Assembly: GCA_937919155.1 (NCBI GenBank)
Contig: CALFPM010000178.1
Coordinates: 1-49,546 of the forward strand
Reading direction: 5' to 3'
Source: an uncultured Clostridia bacterium
GTDB taxonomy: Bacteria; Bacillota; Clostridia; Oscillospirales; Acutalibacteraceae
DNA: 49,546 nt
The translations under genes were made by a program, and so were the position numbers. The notes below the pieces were generated by a model. The model worked only from the letters and a program-made list of their open reading frames with translations. It was not told the DNA's origin and made no database searches. Of the stretch, positions 19,777 to 29,640 are shown piece after piece; positions within the stretch are counted from its first letter, which is position 1; every line of letters begins with the position of its first letter.

Positions 19777-20241
19777 ATGTATACTTATCATTGCCGTTCA
19801 AGGCGTATTCTTGATTTTCTTGCAGGCTCATCGCCTGCGGCGGTTGCGCAGATCTGCGGATGCGGAGAATATCCGTCAATCCGCGGCACGCTTATGCTTT
19901 TCCCCTCACAGGCAGGGGTTTTTGCCGTTGTTTCCGTGGAGGGAATCCCCGATAATCTCGGTTGCGGAAACATCCTTGCCATGCACATTCACGACCCCGA
20001 AACAGGTGCACACTACAACCCCGAAAACGCCCCGCATCCATGTCACGCAGGGGATATGCCGCCGATTTTTGTTGAGAAAAACAGCGGCTGGTCGGCTTTT
20101 CTGACCGAGCGCTTCGATGTGCACGAGGTTATCGGCAAGGAAATTGTGCTGCATCAGAGGCGTGACGATTTTGCAACCCAGCCATCGGGGGACGCAGGCA
20201 AAAAAATAGCCTGCGGAAAAATCACAGGCTTCAATATGTAA
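19777..20241 (+). CDS. Cu/Zn superoxide dismutase family protein (no signal peptide)
   Basis: MHIH, HYNP, HPCHAGDMP, VLH...DDF..QPSGDAGKKIACG. Confidence 0.85.
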   Translation: MYTYHCRSRRILDFLAGSSPAAVAQICGCGEYPSIRGTLMLFPSQAGVFAVVSVEGIPDNLGCGNILAMHIHDPETGAHYNPENAPHPCHAGDMPPIFVEKNSGWSAFLTERFDVHEVIGKEIVLHQRRDDFATQPSGDAGKKIACGKITGFNM

Positions 20242-20252
20242 AAGCAATTCAG

Positions 20253-20384
20253 AGTGCAAAGTTCAAAGAGCAAAGGGCAAAGTGTCGGAAGGGCGCCGCC
20301 CTTGCCCGATTTTTAATTGTGTATCAAATACAATCGGAGCAAAGCGACCCTTAACTTTGCACTTATCACTTTGCATTTTGCACT
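20253..20384. repeat. 132-bp intergenic palindromic repeat with 7-nt periodic arms (copy 2)
   Basis: Same length and core (GTGTCGGAAGGGC...CCCGATTTTTA...AAATACAATCGGAGC.AAGCGACCCTTAACTTTGC) as 6346-6477. Confidence 0.9.
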
Positions 20385-20385
20385 T

Positions 20386-20414
20386 AAAAAAGGCAGTCCC
20401 GAAGGACTGCCTTT
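20386..20414. terminator. Bidirectional intrinsic terminator
   Basis: AAAGGCAGTCC-CGAA-GGACTGCCTTT. Confidence 0.8.
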
Positions 20415-20425
20415 AAGCTATGTAA

Positions 20426-20998
20426 TTAAAGAATTTCACCCATCATGCCGGGCTTTGCGCCTGCTGCGTTTGACTCGTCTGTGTCAATGTGCATAGCGAG
20501 TGCAAAGTTGGGGTTAACTCTGACAACAACATCGTCAAAGATAAGGCTTCTGCCGTCTGACTCAACCTTAACGCAAACAATCTGCTTGTCCTCAAGGCCG
20601 TACTTTTCAGCGTCTGCGGGAGTTGCGTGGATGTGTCTCTTTGCGGAGATAACACCGCAAGCAATTTCAACCTCACCCTTGGGGCCGACAAGCTTGCAAG
20701 CGCCTGTTTCTGCGATGTCGCCGCTCTCTCTTACGGGAGCAACAACACCGATGCTGCGTGCATCTGTGAGTGAAAGCTCAACCTGAGTTGCGGGACGAAC
20801 GGGTCCGAGGATTGAAACGCCGGGGAACTGACCCTTTGCGCCAACAACTGCTACTCTTTCTTCGCAAGCATACTGGCCGGGCTGTGAAAGGTCTTTCTTA
20901 TGTGTAAGCTCATAGCCTTCACCGAAAAGGATGTCAAGGTCTGCGCGGCTTACGTGAACATGGCGTGCTGAAGTTTCAACAAGAACTTCCTTTTTCAT
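20426..20998 (-). CDS. pduL: Phosphate propanoyltransferase / PduL-type phosphotransacylase
   Basis: ETSARHVHVS, LSQPGQYACEE, ILGPVR, RESGD, KRHIH and MHIDTDE. Confidence 0.93.
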   Translation of the reverse strand: MKKEVLVETSARHVHVSRADLDILFGEGYELTHKKDLSQPGQYACEERVAVVGAKGQFPGVSILGPVRPATQVELSLTDARSIGVVAPVRESGDIAETGACKLVGPKGEVEIACGVISAKRHIHATPADAEKYGLEDKQIVCVKVESDGRSLIFDDVVVRVNPNFALAMHIDTDESNAAGAKPGMMGEIL

Positions 20999-21080
20999 AG
21001 TAAATCACCTTTTTTATGTAATATTTTTTACGCAATAATGGTGACCGCAAAATTACGGTCACCTTTTATTTTTTATGTAT

Positions 21081-21965
21081 TTACCAGTTGATTGTGTAGA
21101 GATCGTGTGTGGTAAAGGGGAGAACGATATTATCGCCGAAATTAATTGTCCAGTTTACGAAATATTCAGCATTAACAACGTTACCTGTTGCGGGGTCGAT
21201 TGTTGCGATAACCTTGCAAGCGGGGTAGTTCATTTCAGCTTCACCGCCGAGCATACCTGCAACGGGACCGGGAACGTTATCGTTAACAACGCCGGGAAGA
21301 ACAACGTTGAATGCCTTGGGAGCGTGGCCCTGACCGTGCTTAACGGTTGAGCTCTTTGCATCGCTGACAAGAACAAGAGTAACAACATACTTGCCGCCCT
21401 TTTCAACAACGTTTGCTGTGTTAACATCTGCAGCTGTGAGCTTACTTGCGTAGCTTTCTGTTTCAACGGGGAACTTTTCCTTGATTGCTGAACCTTCGTA
21501 AACCTGCTCGCCCTTGCTCTGCTTTGCGAGCTGATCGTTGATGAACTTATCAGCACCGCCGAGGAGCTTCATAGCTGCATCAATAAAGCCGGGGAACTTT
21601 GTCTGGCCGGTGATTTCAATCTTTGAATAGTGATGCTTTACGCTCTTTGCGCCGCTCTTAACGCCGTTGATAGCTGTGTTAAAATACTCAACAATAGCTT
21701 CTTTGCCTTCGGGCATAGCGTTAGCTGCTGCTGTTGTTGACTCTGCTTCTGAAGCATCTTCGCTTACATCTGAAGTGTCTGCTGCTGAAGATTCTTCAAC
21801 GGGAGCTTCTGTTGCAGGAGCGTCTGTTGATTCCTCAACGGGAGCATCTGTGATTTCTTCTGCTGCTGTTGTGGTTGTTGTTTCTTCGTTTGTCTTGTCG
21901 CCGCAAGCTGCAAATGCAAAAAGCATTGCTGCTGCAAGAAGAATTGCAAGAATTTTCTTTGACAT
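21081..21965 (-). CDS. Lipoprotein of unknown function with Thr/Glu-rich linker
   Basis: Lipobox FAFAAC; low-complexity linker followed by a globular domain. Confidence 0.8.
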   Translation of the reverse strand: MSKKILAILLAAAMLFAFAACGDKTNEETTTTTAAEEITDAPVEESTDAPATEAPVEESSAADTSDVSEDASEAESTTAAANAMPEGKEAIVEYFNTAINGVKSGAKSVKHHYSKIEITGQTKFPGFIDAAMKLLGGADKFINDQLAKQSKGEQVYEGSAIKEKFPVETESYASKLTAADVNTANVVEKGGKYVVTLVLVSDAKSSTVKHGQGHAPKAFNVVLPGVVNDNVPGPVAGMLGGEAEMNYPACKVIATIDPATGNVVNAEYFVNWTINFGDNIVLPFTTHDLYTINW

Positions 21966-22178
21966 GATATTTCCTCCTAAATGTCATATGTATTTCCGCG
22001 CAAAAATTTTATCAGATTTTGGCGCGTCATCGTACGGAATAAGTATAGTATAAAACTATTTCAAATGCAAGCAAAAAATTAACACGACCTGTTAAAATCG
22101 TGTTAATTTTGCAAAAATTTTTAATATGAATTTTTCTGTTTGGTAATGTGTTACAAATCAGCAAGGATTGTTTTGTGA

Positions 22179-23150
22179 TTACTGCACAAAGCATATACCG
22201 TCAGCATTGACGGTACCGCCTGTCATCTCTGCGGGAAGTGCATCGCAAACGCTCTGCACAAGAGGCTTCATTTCCTCACCCCTGATGAAATAAAGCTTGC
22301 AGTAAGGCAAGCACTCGCGGGCATTGTCGATAGTTGAGAAATACTTGAGTTCGGTAAGCATCTTTGCGCCCACCTCAATATATTCACCGAAGAAATTAAT
22401 TGAGATTTCATTGTGCATAAGGAACTGCTCGATATACTCGGAATTTTTCTCAATATATTCCGTTCTCGCAACAATAACGCTCTGTGCCTGACCTGAGCCG
22501 CTTGCTTTCTTCCATTCTTCGGCAAAATCAACAGCGCGCTTCATTTCCGCATTTCCCATAACAACCTTTGTTGCCATGGGCTCGGAAAGAATGCATATAT
22601 CTGCTTTGCCCTCAATGGCAAGAGCCGCAAGCTCCGCATCGGTTGCAACATATTCAACATTGGGATTGATATTGTTCTTTCCGAAAATATAATTGATGAC
22701 ATATTCTGATGCAGTGCCTTTGCCCGATGCATAAACGGTTTTGCTGCCGATATCGGCAAGGCCTTTTATGCTTTCATCCTTTGAAACAAGATAAATTGAG
22801 CCGAGACTGTTGATTGCAATGATTTTCACGCCGCCCTTGGTGTCATTGAAAAGCTTTGCGGCAAATTCAACGGGAACTGCAGCAAGGTCTGTCTCCCCGT
22901 TTTTGAGCAGGGTTTCAATCTCCTGCAGGTCGGTATGAGATGAAACCGAATAAGCGTAGCCGCGGTCCGCTTTCAGCTTTGAAATGCCGAGAGAGGAAAT
23001 TCCGCTGAACTCCGCAATTCTTGTCTTGGCTTCTCTCTCGTAGCTTGTGGTTGATTCATCAGCCTGATTGCCGTTATCGTTGCAAGCGGCAAAAGAAAAA
23101 ACAAGCAAAAATGCAAGCAGGACTGCCGTGATTCTTTTTAAAATTTTCAT
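22179..23150 (-). CDS. ABC transporter substrate-binding lipoprotein (NMT1/SsuA-like)
   Basis: Lipobox SFAAC; DLAAVP...AAKLFN, INSLGSIY, GKGTASEY and ADICILSEP. Start could alternatively be 23159. Confidence 0.8.
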   Translation of the reverse strand: MKILKRITAVLLAFLLVFSFAACNDNGNQADESTTSYEREAKTRIAEFSGISSLGISKLKADRGYAYSVSSHTDLQEIETLLKNGETDLAAVPVEFAAKLFNDTKGGVKIIAINSLGSIYLVSKDESIKGLADIGSKTVYASGKGTASEYVINYIFGKNNINPNVEYVATDAELAALAIEGKADICILSEPMATKVVMGNAEMKRAVDFAEEWKKASGSGQAQSVIVARTEYIEKNSEYIEQFLMHNEISINFFGEYIEVGAKMLTELKYFSTIDNARECLPYCKLYFIRGEEMKPLVQSVCDALPAEMTGGTVNADGICFVQ

Positions 23151-23311
23151 TCTGTTCATCCCCTGTTTTTATTTGAACATTATTTTCTGTATTGATACCA
23201 TCATTATACATAGAGGCTCAGGGGTTGTCAATAAACATCTTGAACAACGGAGATTTATGAAGTATAATACAAATTAACAACCCTGCACTTAATAATGAAG
23301 GAGGTGTTCCG

Positions 23312-24604
23312 ATGACAAAAAAGCAACCCCGTTTCAACCAGATAACCGTTCTTTTTCTTATGACGGCGTTTCAGCTTATCTGCGCCGCCTGCGTGCTTTG
23401 CAGGCAGGAAGAGCCGAGTCTGACGATGATTTATATTTTCTTCGGCTACATTGCCGCCGAATGGCTTTATATGCTCATCGGCAACCTCATTACGGATAAT
23501 GATTATTTTGAGCTGGAGGCAATTGCATTTTTTCTTTCGGGAATAGGTCTCACGGTGTGCGCAAGTTTCAACGAAAGCTATGCAATAAAGCAGCTCATCG
23601 CCATCGGTCTGGGTCTTGCTGTTTATCTGATAATGCTGCTGCTGATAAAAGATGTTCACGTTGCAGGAATTCTGCGCTACCCTGCCGCTGTCGGCTCCGT
23701 TGCGGTGCTTGCAGCAAACCTTGTGCTTGCAAAAACAGTCAACGGAACACTCAACTGGATTGACCTGGGATTCTTCTCAATTCAGCCATCGGAGCTTGTG
23801 AAAATCACCTTTATTCTTGTGGGCGCGGTTTCTCTCGACAAGCTTATTTCCGTCACAAGTCTCACGAGATACATTGTGTTTTCTCTCGGCTGTGTAGGCG
23901 CACTGTTTCTGATGAGAGACTTCGGCACGGCGCTTATCTTTTTCTTTACATTTATCCTTATAGCATTCATGCGCTCGGGCAATATCCGCACAATAGTGCT
24001 TATCTGCGCCGTTGCTCTGATGGGCGCAATGCTTGTTATCTATTTCAAGCCCTATGTTGCCAACAGATTTGCCGCCTACCGCCACGTCTGGGATTACATT
24101 GACACAACAGGTTATCAGCAGGCAAGAGTGCTGATTTACACCTCCAGCGGCGGACTTTTCGGTCTTGGTCTGGGCGAAGGCAAGCTCCGCGATGTTTATG
24201 CGGCATCAACCGACCTTGTTTTCGGTCTTATCTGCGAGGAAATGGGTCTTATTCTTGGCATTGCAGTGCTTCTGAGCTTTGCGGGCATTGCGCTTTTTGC
24301 AATAAAATCCGCCAAATCCTCCGCATCAACTTTCTATGCGATTGCCGCTGTTTCGGCGGCGGGAATGCTTCTTTTCCAGCTTTCACTGAATGTTTTCGGC
24401 ATCACGGATTTACTGCCCCTGACGGGCGTAACCCTGCCCTTTGTCAGCAGAGGCGGCTCCAGCATGCTCTGCTCGTGGGGTCTGCTTGCATATATCAGGG
24501 CGGCGGGTGCACCTTTCAACCCTCCCGCACCCGACATTGCGGTCAAGAAAACCCCGCCGAGAAAAGTTAATCCTCCAACCGTAAAAGGAGGTGGCGCAAA
24601 GTGA
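23312..24604 (+). CDS. SEDS family protein (FtsW/RodA/SpoVE)
   Basis: SIQPSELVK, RDFGTAL, GGLFGLGLG, TDLVF...EEMG and PLTGVTLPFVSRGGSS. Confidence 0.93.
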   Translation: MTKKQPRFNQITVLFLMTAFQLICAACVLCRQEEPSLTMIYIFFGYIAAEWLYMLIGNLITDNDYFELEAIAFFLSGIGLTVCASFNESYAIKQLIAIGLGLAVYLIMLLLIKDVHVAGILRYPAAVGSVAVLAANLVLAKTVNGTLNWIDLGFFSIQPSELVKITFILVGAVSLDKLISVTSLTRYIVFSLGCVGALFLMRDFGTALIFFFTFILIAFMRSGNIRTIVLICAVALMGAMLVIYFKPYVANRFAAYRHVWDYIDTTGYQQARVLIYTSSGGLFGLGLGEGKLRDVYAASTDLVFGLICEEMGLILGIAVLLSFAGIALFAIKSAKSSASTFYAIAAVSAAGMLLFQLSLNVFGITDLLPLTGVTLPFVSRGGSSMLCSWGLLAYIRAAGAPFNPPAPDIAVKKTPPRKVNPPTVKGGGAK

Positions 24605-25968
24605 GAAAAATCACAGGCAGAGCAGCCATCATTTATGTCCTCATTGCCGCATTCATTGCGGGCGTTGGGATTCTTGTATCGAGCATTATGCTCAACGGCG
24701 CGGAGTGGGCATCAAACAAAGCAAACCGCCACATTTATTCGGGCGGCACAATCGTAAATGCAGGCAAAATCCTTGACAGAAACGGCAAAACCCTTGCGTA
24801 CAGCTCCGATAATGAACGCATTTTTGCAGATAATTCGACCCTGCGCAAAGCCACTCTTCACATCGTGGGTGACACGGCGGGATACATCTCCACAGGCACT
24901 CATCACCTCTACCGCGACACCCTTTCGGGTTACAGCAGAATTGAGGGAATTTATAACCTCAAACAGACGGGCACAGGCACAAACATCAATCTCAACATTG
25001 ACTCGGAGGCAAACAAAATTGCCTTCAATGCCCTCGGCGACCTCAACGGTGCCGTTGCCGTCTATAACTACAAAACGGGCGAGCTTCTTTGCAGTGTTTC
25101 AAAACCCACATATGACATTGAAAACAAGCCTGCCGACCTGCTGACAAACGAAAAATACAGCGGTATCTTTCTTGACAAGGTCATTTCGGGCATTTACACC
25201 CCCGGCTCAATTATGAAAATCATTACCGCCGCCTGCGCAATTGAAAACATCCCCGATATTTATTCGCGCACTTTTGAATGCAACGGCGAATACGAAACGG
25301 ATGACGGCAAAGTAATCTGTAACGGCGAGCACGGCGAAGTTGATTTTGAGGAAGCAATGAACGAATCCTGCAACTGCGCTTTTGCCGAAATTTCAATTGA
25401 ACTCGGCGCATCAAAGCTGAAAGCAACGGCGGAAGCAATGGGCTTCAACACTCAGCTTTATGCCAAGGAAATACGCCTGACAAAAAGCCGCTTCGAGCCT
25501 GATACAAAAAGCAAGTCGGAGCTTGGCTGGGCAGGCATCGGGCAATCCACAACCCTTGTCAATCCCTGCCATTTCCTGAGCATTATGGGTGCAATTGCAA
25601 ACGGCGGAAACGGACTTGCGCCCGACAGAATCAAGTCCCTCGGAACAGTTTCCGAGATAATCGGCAGAGTGCCTGAAACATCAATAAAAATCGCACCCGA
25701 AACTGCACAGAAGCTTGGCGCACTGCTCCGCTCCAATGTTGAAAACAAATACGGTGATTGGAAATTTGAAAACCTGCAGATGTGCGGAAAAACGGGCACC
25801 GCACAGGTTGACGGCGCAAAAAGCCACTCCTGGTTTGCAGGATATTCTCAGAGAGATGACCTGCCCCTGGCGGTTGTGTGCATTGTCGAGCACGGCGGCT
25901 ACGGCTCGGGCATCGCCTCCACAGTCACCAACAAAGTAATGCAGTATTTTCTGAAGAATTATACATAA
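24601..25968 (+). CDS. Class B penicillin-binding protein (transpeptidase), partner of the SEDS protein
   Basis: PGSIMK (SxxK), SCN (SxN) and KTGTA motifs; GTG start overlaps the upstream stop. Confidence 0.92.
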   Translation: MRKITGRAAIIYVLIAAFIAGVGILVSSIMLNGAEWASNKANRHIYSGGTIVNAGKILDRNGKTLAYSSDNERIFADNSTLRKATLHIVGDTAGYISTGTHHLYRDTLSGYSRIEGIYNLKQTGTGTNINLNIDSEANKIAFNALGDLNGAVAVYNYKTGELLCSVSKPTYDIENKPADLLTNEKYSGIFLDKVISGIYTPGSIMKIITAACAIENIPDIYSRTFECNGEYETDDGKVICNGEHGEVDFEEAMNESCNCAFAEISIELGASKLKATAEAMGFNTQLYAKEIRLTKSRFEPDTKSKSELGWAGIGQSTTLVNPCHFLSIMGAIANGGNGLAPDRIKSLGTVSEIIGRVPETSIKIAPETAQKLGALLRSNVENKYGDWKFENLQMCGKTGTAQVDGAKSHSWFAGYSQRDDLPLAVVCIVEHGGYGSGIASTVTNKVMQYFLKNYT

Positions 25969-25992
25969 AAATTTTTAGTCAGGAGGATTCAT

Positions 25993-26640
25993 ATGTTTTC
26001 AAACCTTTTTCTTGTTTTTTTCACATTCCTGGTAATTGGTATCCTTTGCAATTTTTTCCTGTTCACCCAAGAAAAGAAAGAGAAAAAAAGCACTAAATTT
26101 ATAACGAGCGAAAGGCTTATTGTCTTTGTAATCGAGATAATGATTGCCGTAATCGGATTCGGCGTCACATTACATATCACAAATGACTATGAAAAACAAG
26201 TTGATAAAGAAAAAGCAATTCAGATGCTTGAACAGACAATCGAATACACCGGCAAGGAAATCGAAACAGAAAGCGCCTATTTGGATATGTATAAGAACGG
26301 TAATATTGAAACTCAGATTTTCCTTAACAGCAGTGTAATAAACATAAATTACTACAACACTATTCTGTCTAACGAACTGATACTTCAGAACGCAAATATG
26401 AATACATTCGGCTACTGCATGGATTATCTGGTCAGAATAGAAGACACCGACAGTCGCGCCAAAACAGCAACAGATGATCCTGTTGTACATTCAGAAATGT
26501 TCTGGCGATGCCAATATCTGAAAAAACTTCGGGATTTGCTTTCTGTATGCAGTGAAGAACTGTCAGGAAATCTCTCTCCGGAAGAAGCTTTGATAAAATG
26601 CAAAGCCATTGATGACCAGGATATAAGAACATATCCATAA
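25993..26640 (+). CDS. Hypothetical membrane protein
   Basis: 215-aa ORF with AGGAGG RBS and two N-terminal hydrophobic segments; AT-richer than its neighbours. Confidence 0.7.
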   Translation: MFSNLFLVFFTFLVIGILCNFFLFTQEKKEKKSTKFITSERLIVFVIEIMIAVIGFGVTLHITNDYEKQVDKEKAIQMLEQTIEYTGKEIETESAYLDMYKNGNIETQIFLNSSVININYYNTILSNELILQNANMNTFGYCMDYLVRIEDTDSRAKTATDDPVVHSEMFWRCQYLKKLRDLLSVCSEELSGNLSPEEALIKCKAIDDQDIRTYP

Positions 26641-26668
26641 AAAAAGCCGACTCATTTGAGTCGGCTTT
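26639..26668. terminator. Bidirectional terminator (same stem as 34386-34415)
   Basis: AAAGCCGACTC-ATTT-GAGTCGGCTTT. Confidence 0.8.
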
Positions 26669-26672
26669 CGTA

Positions 26673-27599
26673 TTATTCAAACATACCTGTTGAAAGGTAT
26701 CTTTCTCCTCCGTCCGGGAGAATAACCGCAATTTTTTTGCCTTTGTTTTCTTCTTTTTTCGCAATTTCCGTTGCCGCGTGAAGCGCCGCACCCGATGAAA
26801 TTCCGATAAGAATACCCTCAGTTTTAACCGTCAGCCTTGCGGCGGCATATGCCTGCTCCGTGGTGACGGTTATTATTTCGTCATAAATCTCTGTGTCAAG
26901 CACCTTGGGAATGAATCCCGCGCCGATACCCTGAATTCCGTGTGCACCTGCTCTTCCCTGAGAAAGAAACGGAGAATCCGCAGGCTCAACGGCAACGATT
27001 TTTACATCGGGATTTTTTTCTTTGAGATATCTGCCTGCGCCCGTGATTGTACCGCCAGTGCCGACTCCCGCAACAAAAATATCAATTTTACCATCGGTAT
27101 CTTCCCATATTTCGGGACCCGTTGTTTTGTAGTGAGCATCTGCATTTGCAGGGTTATCAAACTGAGCGGGAATAAAACTGCCATCAATCTGAGCGGCAAG
27201 CTCATTTGCCTTTTCAATTGCGCCTGCCATTCCCTTTGCTCCATCGGTCAGCACAAGCTCCGCGCCGTAAGCGGCGAGAAGTTTTCTGCGCTCAAGGCTC
27301 ATTGTTTCGGGCATTGTGATTATAACTTTAAGACCCATCTGCGCCGCAACCGATGCAATTCCGATGCCCGTGTTGCCGCTTGTGGGTTCGATAATAACGG
27401 ATTTTTCGTTTATTTTGCCCTCCTCCATTGCGGAGCGGAGCATTTCAAAGCCTACTCTGTCCTTTGCGCTTCCTGCAGGGTTTCTGTATTCAAGCTTTGC
27501 AAGAATTTCCGCCTCTGCGCCCGCATCCGCGGCATATGCCGCAAACCTGACCAGAGGAGTTTTGCCGATTGTTTCGGCGGCATTGCTGTAAATTTTCAA
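26673..27599 (-). CDS. cysK: Cysteine synthase A
   Basis: IGKTPLV, NPAGSAKDR, EPTSGNTGIG, GVGTGGT, HGIQGIGAG and PDGGERYLST. Confidence 0.96.
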   Translation of the reverse strand: MKIYSNAAETIGKTPLVRFAAYAADAGAEAEILAKLEYRNPAGSAKDRVGFEMLRSAMEEGKINEKSVIIEPTSGNTGIGIASVAAQMGLKVIITMPETMSLERRKLLAAYGAELVLTDGAKGMAGAIEKANELAAQIDGSFIPAQFDNPANADAHYKTTGPEIWEDTDGKIDIFVAGVGTGGTITGAGRYLKEKNPDVKIVAVEPADSPFLSQGRAGAHGIQGIGAGFIPKVLDTEIYDEIITVTTEQAYAAARLTVKTEGILIGISSGAALHAATEIAKKEENKGKKIAVILPDGGERYLSTGMFE

Positions 27600-27799
27600 A
27601 ACATCGCCTCATTTCATTTCGATTATATCAATCGCCGTTATTTCCGTCAAGCTTATATTTTTGTTAATTTTAACTAAATTTTACTCTTCAAAATTTACAT
27701 CCCGCAAAGACATTTTTTCTTGATTTACTGTAATAAAGTATTATAATAAAATTGAATGGGCGGAATTTTCCGCAATCTGAATTTTAAGGAGAAATAAAC

Positions 27800-28891
27800 A
27801 TGGCTGAAAAAGTAAAAATCGGTATAATCGGATGCGGCGGCATTGCAAACGGCAAGCATCTCCGCGCAATTTCCAACATCGACTTTCTTGAACCCGTTGC
27901 ATTCTGCGACATCATTGAAGAAAGAGCAATCGAAACCGCCAAGAAATACGGCGGAGAAAATGCAAAGGTTTACACCGACTATAAAGAGCTTCTCAAGGAC
28001 GAGAGCATTGTTGCTGTTCACGTTTGTACTCCCAACAAGTCACACAGCTTCATCACAATCGATGCCCTTGAGGCAGGCAAGCATGTTCTTTGCGAAAAGC
28101 CTATGGCTAAAACTTATGCAGAAGCAAAGGCTATGTATGAAGCATCCGTAAGAACAGGCAAGGTTCTTTCAATCGGTTATCAGTCACGCTGGAGAGGCGA
28201 TTCTCTCTACCTTAAGGAATGCTGCGAAAACGATGAATTCGGCGAAATCTACTACGCAAGAGCTCTTGCTCTCCGCAGACGCGCTGTTCCCACATGGGGC
28301 GTTTTCCTCAACGAAGAAGAGCAGGGCGGCGGTCCCCTTATCGATATCGGCACTCACGCACTTGACCTCACACTCTGGATGATGAACAACTACAAGCCCA
28401 GAATGGTTGTAGGCACAACTTTCAAGAAGCTTGGCGACCAGAAGAGAACCGCAAACGCTTGGGGCGACTGGGATCCCGAAAAGTACACAGTTGAAGATTC
28501 CGCATTCGGTTTTGTTGTTATGGAAAACGGCGCAACAATCAGCGTTGAATCCGCTTGGGCGCTCAACATTGCAGATCCCTGCGAGGCATCAACCCTCATT
28601 GCAGGTGTCAAGGGCGGCGCAGATATGCTCGGCGATGACCTTCGCATCAACTATGTGAAGAACGGCAGACAGGTTATCGAAACTCCCAACTTCGATGCAG
28701 GCGGCGTTGCATTCTATGACGGCGCAAGCGACAAACCCGAAGAACTCGAGTGCCGCGCATTCTACGATGCAGTGCTTAACGGTGCAGAGCTTCGCACAAA
28801 GCCTGAGCAGGCAATGGTTGTCACTCAGATTCTTGAGGCAATCTATGAGTCAGCAAAGACAGGCAAACCCGTTTACATCAACAACGACTAA
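27800..28891 (+). CDS. Gfo/Idh/MocA NAD(P)-dependent oxidoreductase
   Basis: GIIGCGGIA, HVLCEKPMA and GGGPLIDIGTHALD. Confidence 0.93.
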   Translation: MAEKVKIGIIGCGGIANGKHLRAISNIDFLEPVAFCDIIEERAIETAKKYGGENAKVYTDYKELLKDESIVAVHVCTPNKSHSFITIDALEAGKHVLCEKPMAKTYAEAKAMYEASVRTGKVLSIGYQSRWRGDSLYLKECCENDEFGEIYYARALALRRRAVPTWGVFLNEEEQGGGPLIDIGTHALDLTLWMMNNYKPRMVVGTTFKKLGDQKRTANAWGDWDPEKYTVEDSAFGFVVMENGATISVESAWALNIADPCEASTLIAGVKGGADMLGDDLRINYVKNGRQVIETPNFDAGGVAFYDGASDKPEELECRAFYDAVLNGAELRTKPEQAMVVTQILEAIYESAKTGKPVYINND

Positions 28892-28903
28892 GGAGCGTAC
28901 ACA

Positions 28904-29629
28904 ATGAAAATTGCTGTTCAGGTTTATTCCGTAAGAGAACATATAAATGACACCGCAACTCTTCTTTCCGCACTTGAAGAAATCAAGAAAATCGGTTATG
29001 ACGGCGTTGAGTTTGCAGGTTATTTCGGCACAGATGCCGCAACAATCAAAGCAAAGCTTGACGAGCTCGGACTTGTTGCAGTCGGCGGTCACATCGGTCT
29101 TGACGATTTCAAGGATGACAAGCTGGAGGAAACAATTGAATTCCAGCACACCCTCGGCGTTAATGCTGTAGGCGTGGGCGGTGCACCCCACTCAACGGAT
29201 GAAGAAGCCGAAAACACAGGCAAGGTGCTTGGCGAGGCTCAGAAATATGCAATGGACAAATACGGTATGAAGGTTTATTACCACAACCATTGCGAGGAGT
29301 TCAGACCCACCGAAAGCGGCAAGCTTCCCATTGACATCATCGGCGGACTCTGCTCGCTGGAAATTGACACATACTGGAGCTTCCATGCAGGCGAGGATAA
29401 CTACAAGCTCATCACCGAGAAGAAAGACAACATCGTTCTTCTTCACGTCAAGGACGGCATTGACGGCAAACCCATGGCACTCGGCGAGGGCAACTGCGAT
29501 ATTCCCGCCGTTATCAAGGCGGCAAAGGATATCGGCATGGAATGGATTGTTGTTGAAAACGATGATCCCGTTCCCACAGGCTTTGAGGATATCACAAGAA
29601 GCCTTGCATACATCAAGAGCATTATTTAA
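28904..29629 (+). CDS. Sugar phosphate isomerase/epimerase (AP_endonuc_2 TIM barrel)
   Basis: QVYSVRE, GYDGVEFAG, YHNH..EF, EIDTYW, HVKD and VEND. Confidence 0.88.
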   Translation: MKIAVQVYSVREHINDTATLLSALEEIKKIGYDGVEFAGYFGTDAATIKAKLDELGLVAVGGHIGLDDFKDDKLEETIEFQHTLGVNAVGVGGAPHSTDEEAENTGKVLGEAQKYAMDKYGMKVYYHNHCEEFRPTESGKLPIDIIGGLCSLEIDTYWSFHAGEDNYKLITEKKDNIVLLHVKDGIDGKPMALGEGNCDIPAVIKAAKDIGMEWIVVENDDPVPTGFEDITRSLAYIKSII

Positions 29630-29640
29630 GGAGAATCACA

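Noticed and set aside
20426..20998. pduL as evidence of a fucose-propanediol microcompartment
   Set aside because: No shell proteins or diol dehydratase are nearby. A stand-alone PduL can act as a housekeeping phosphotransacylase.
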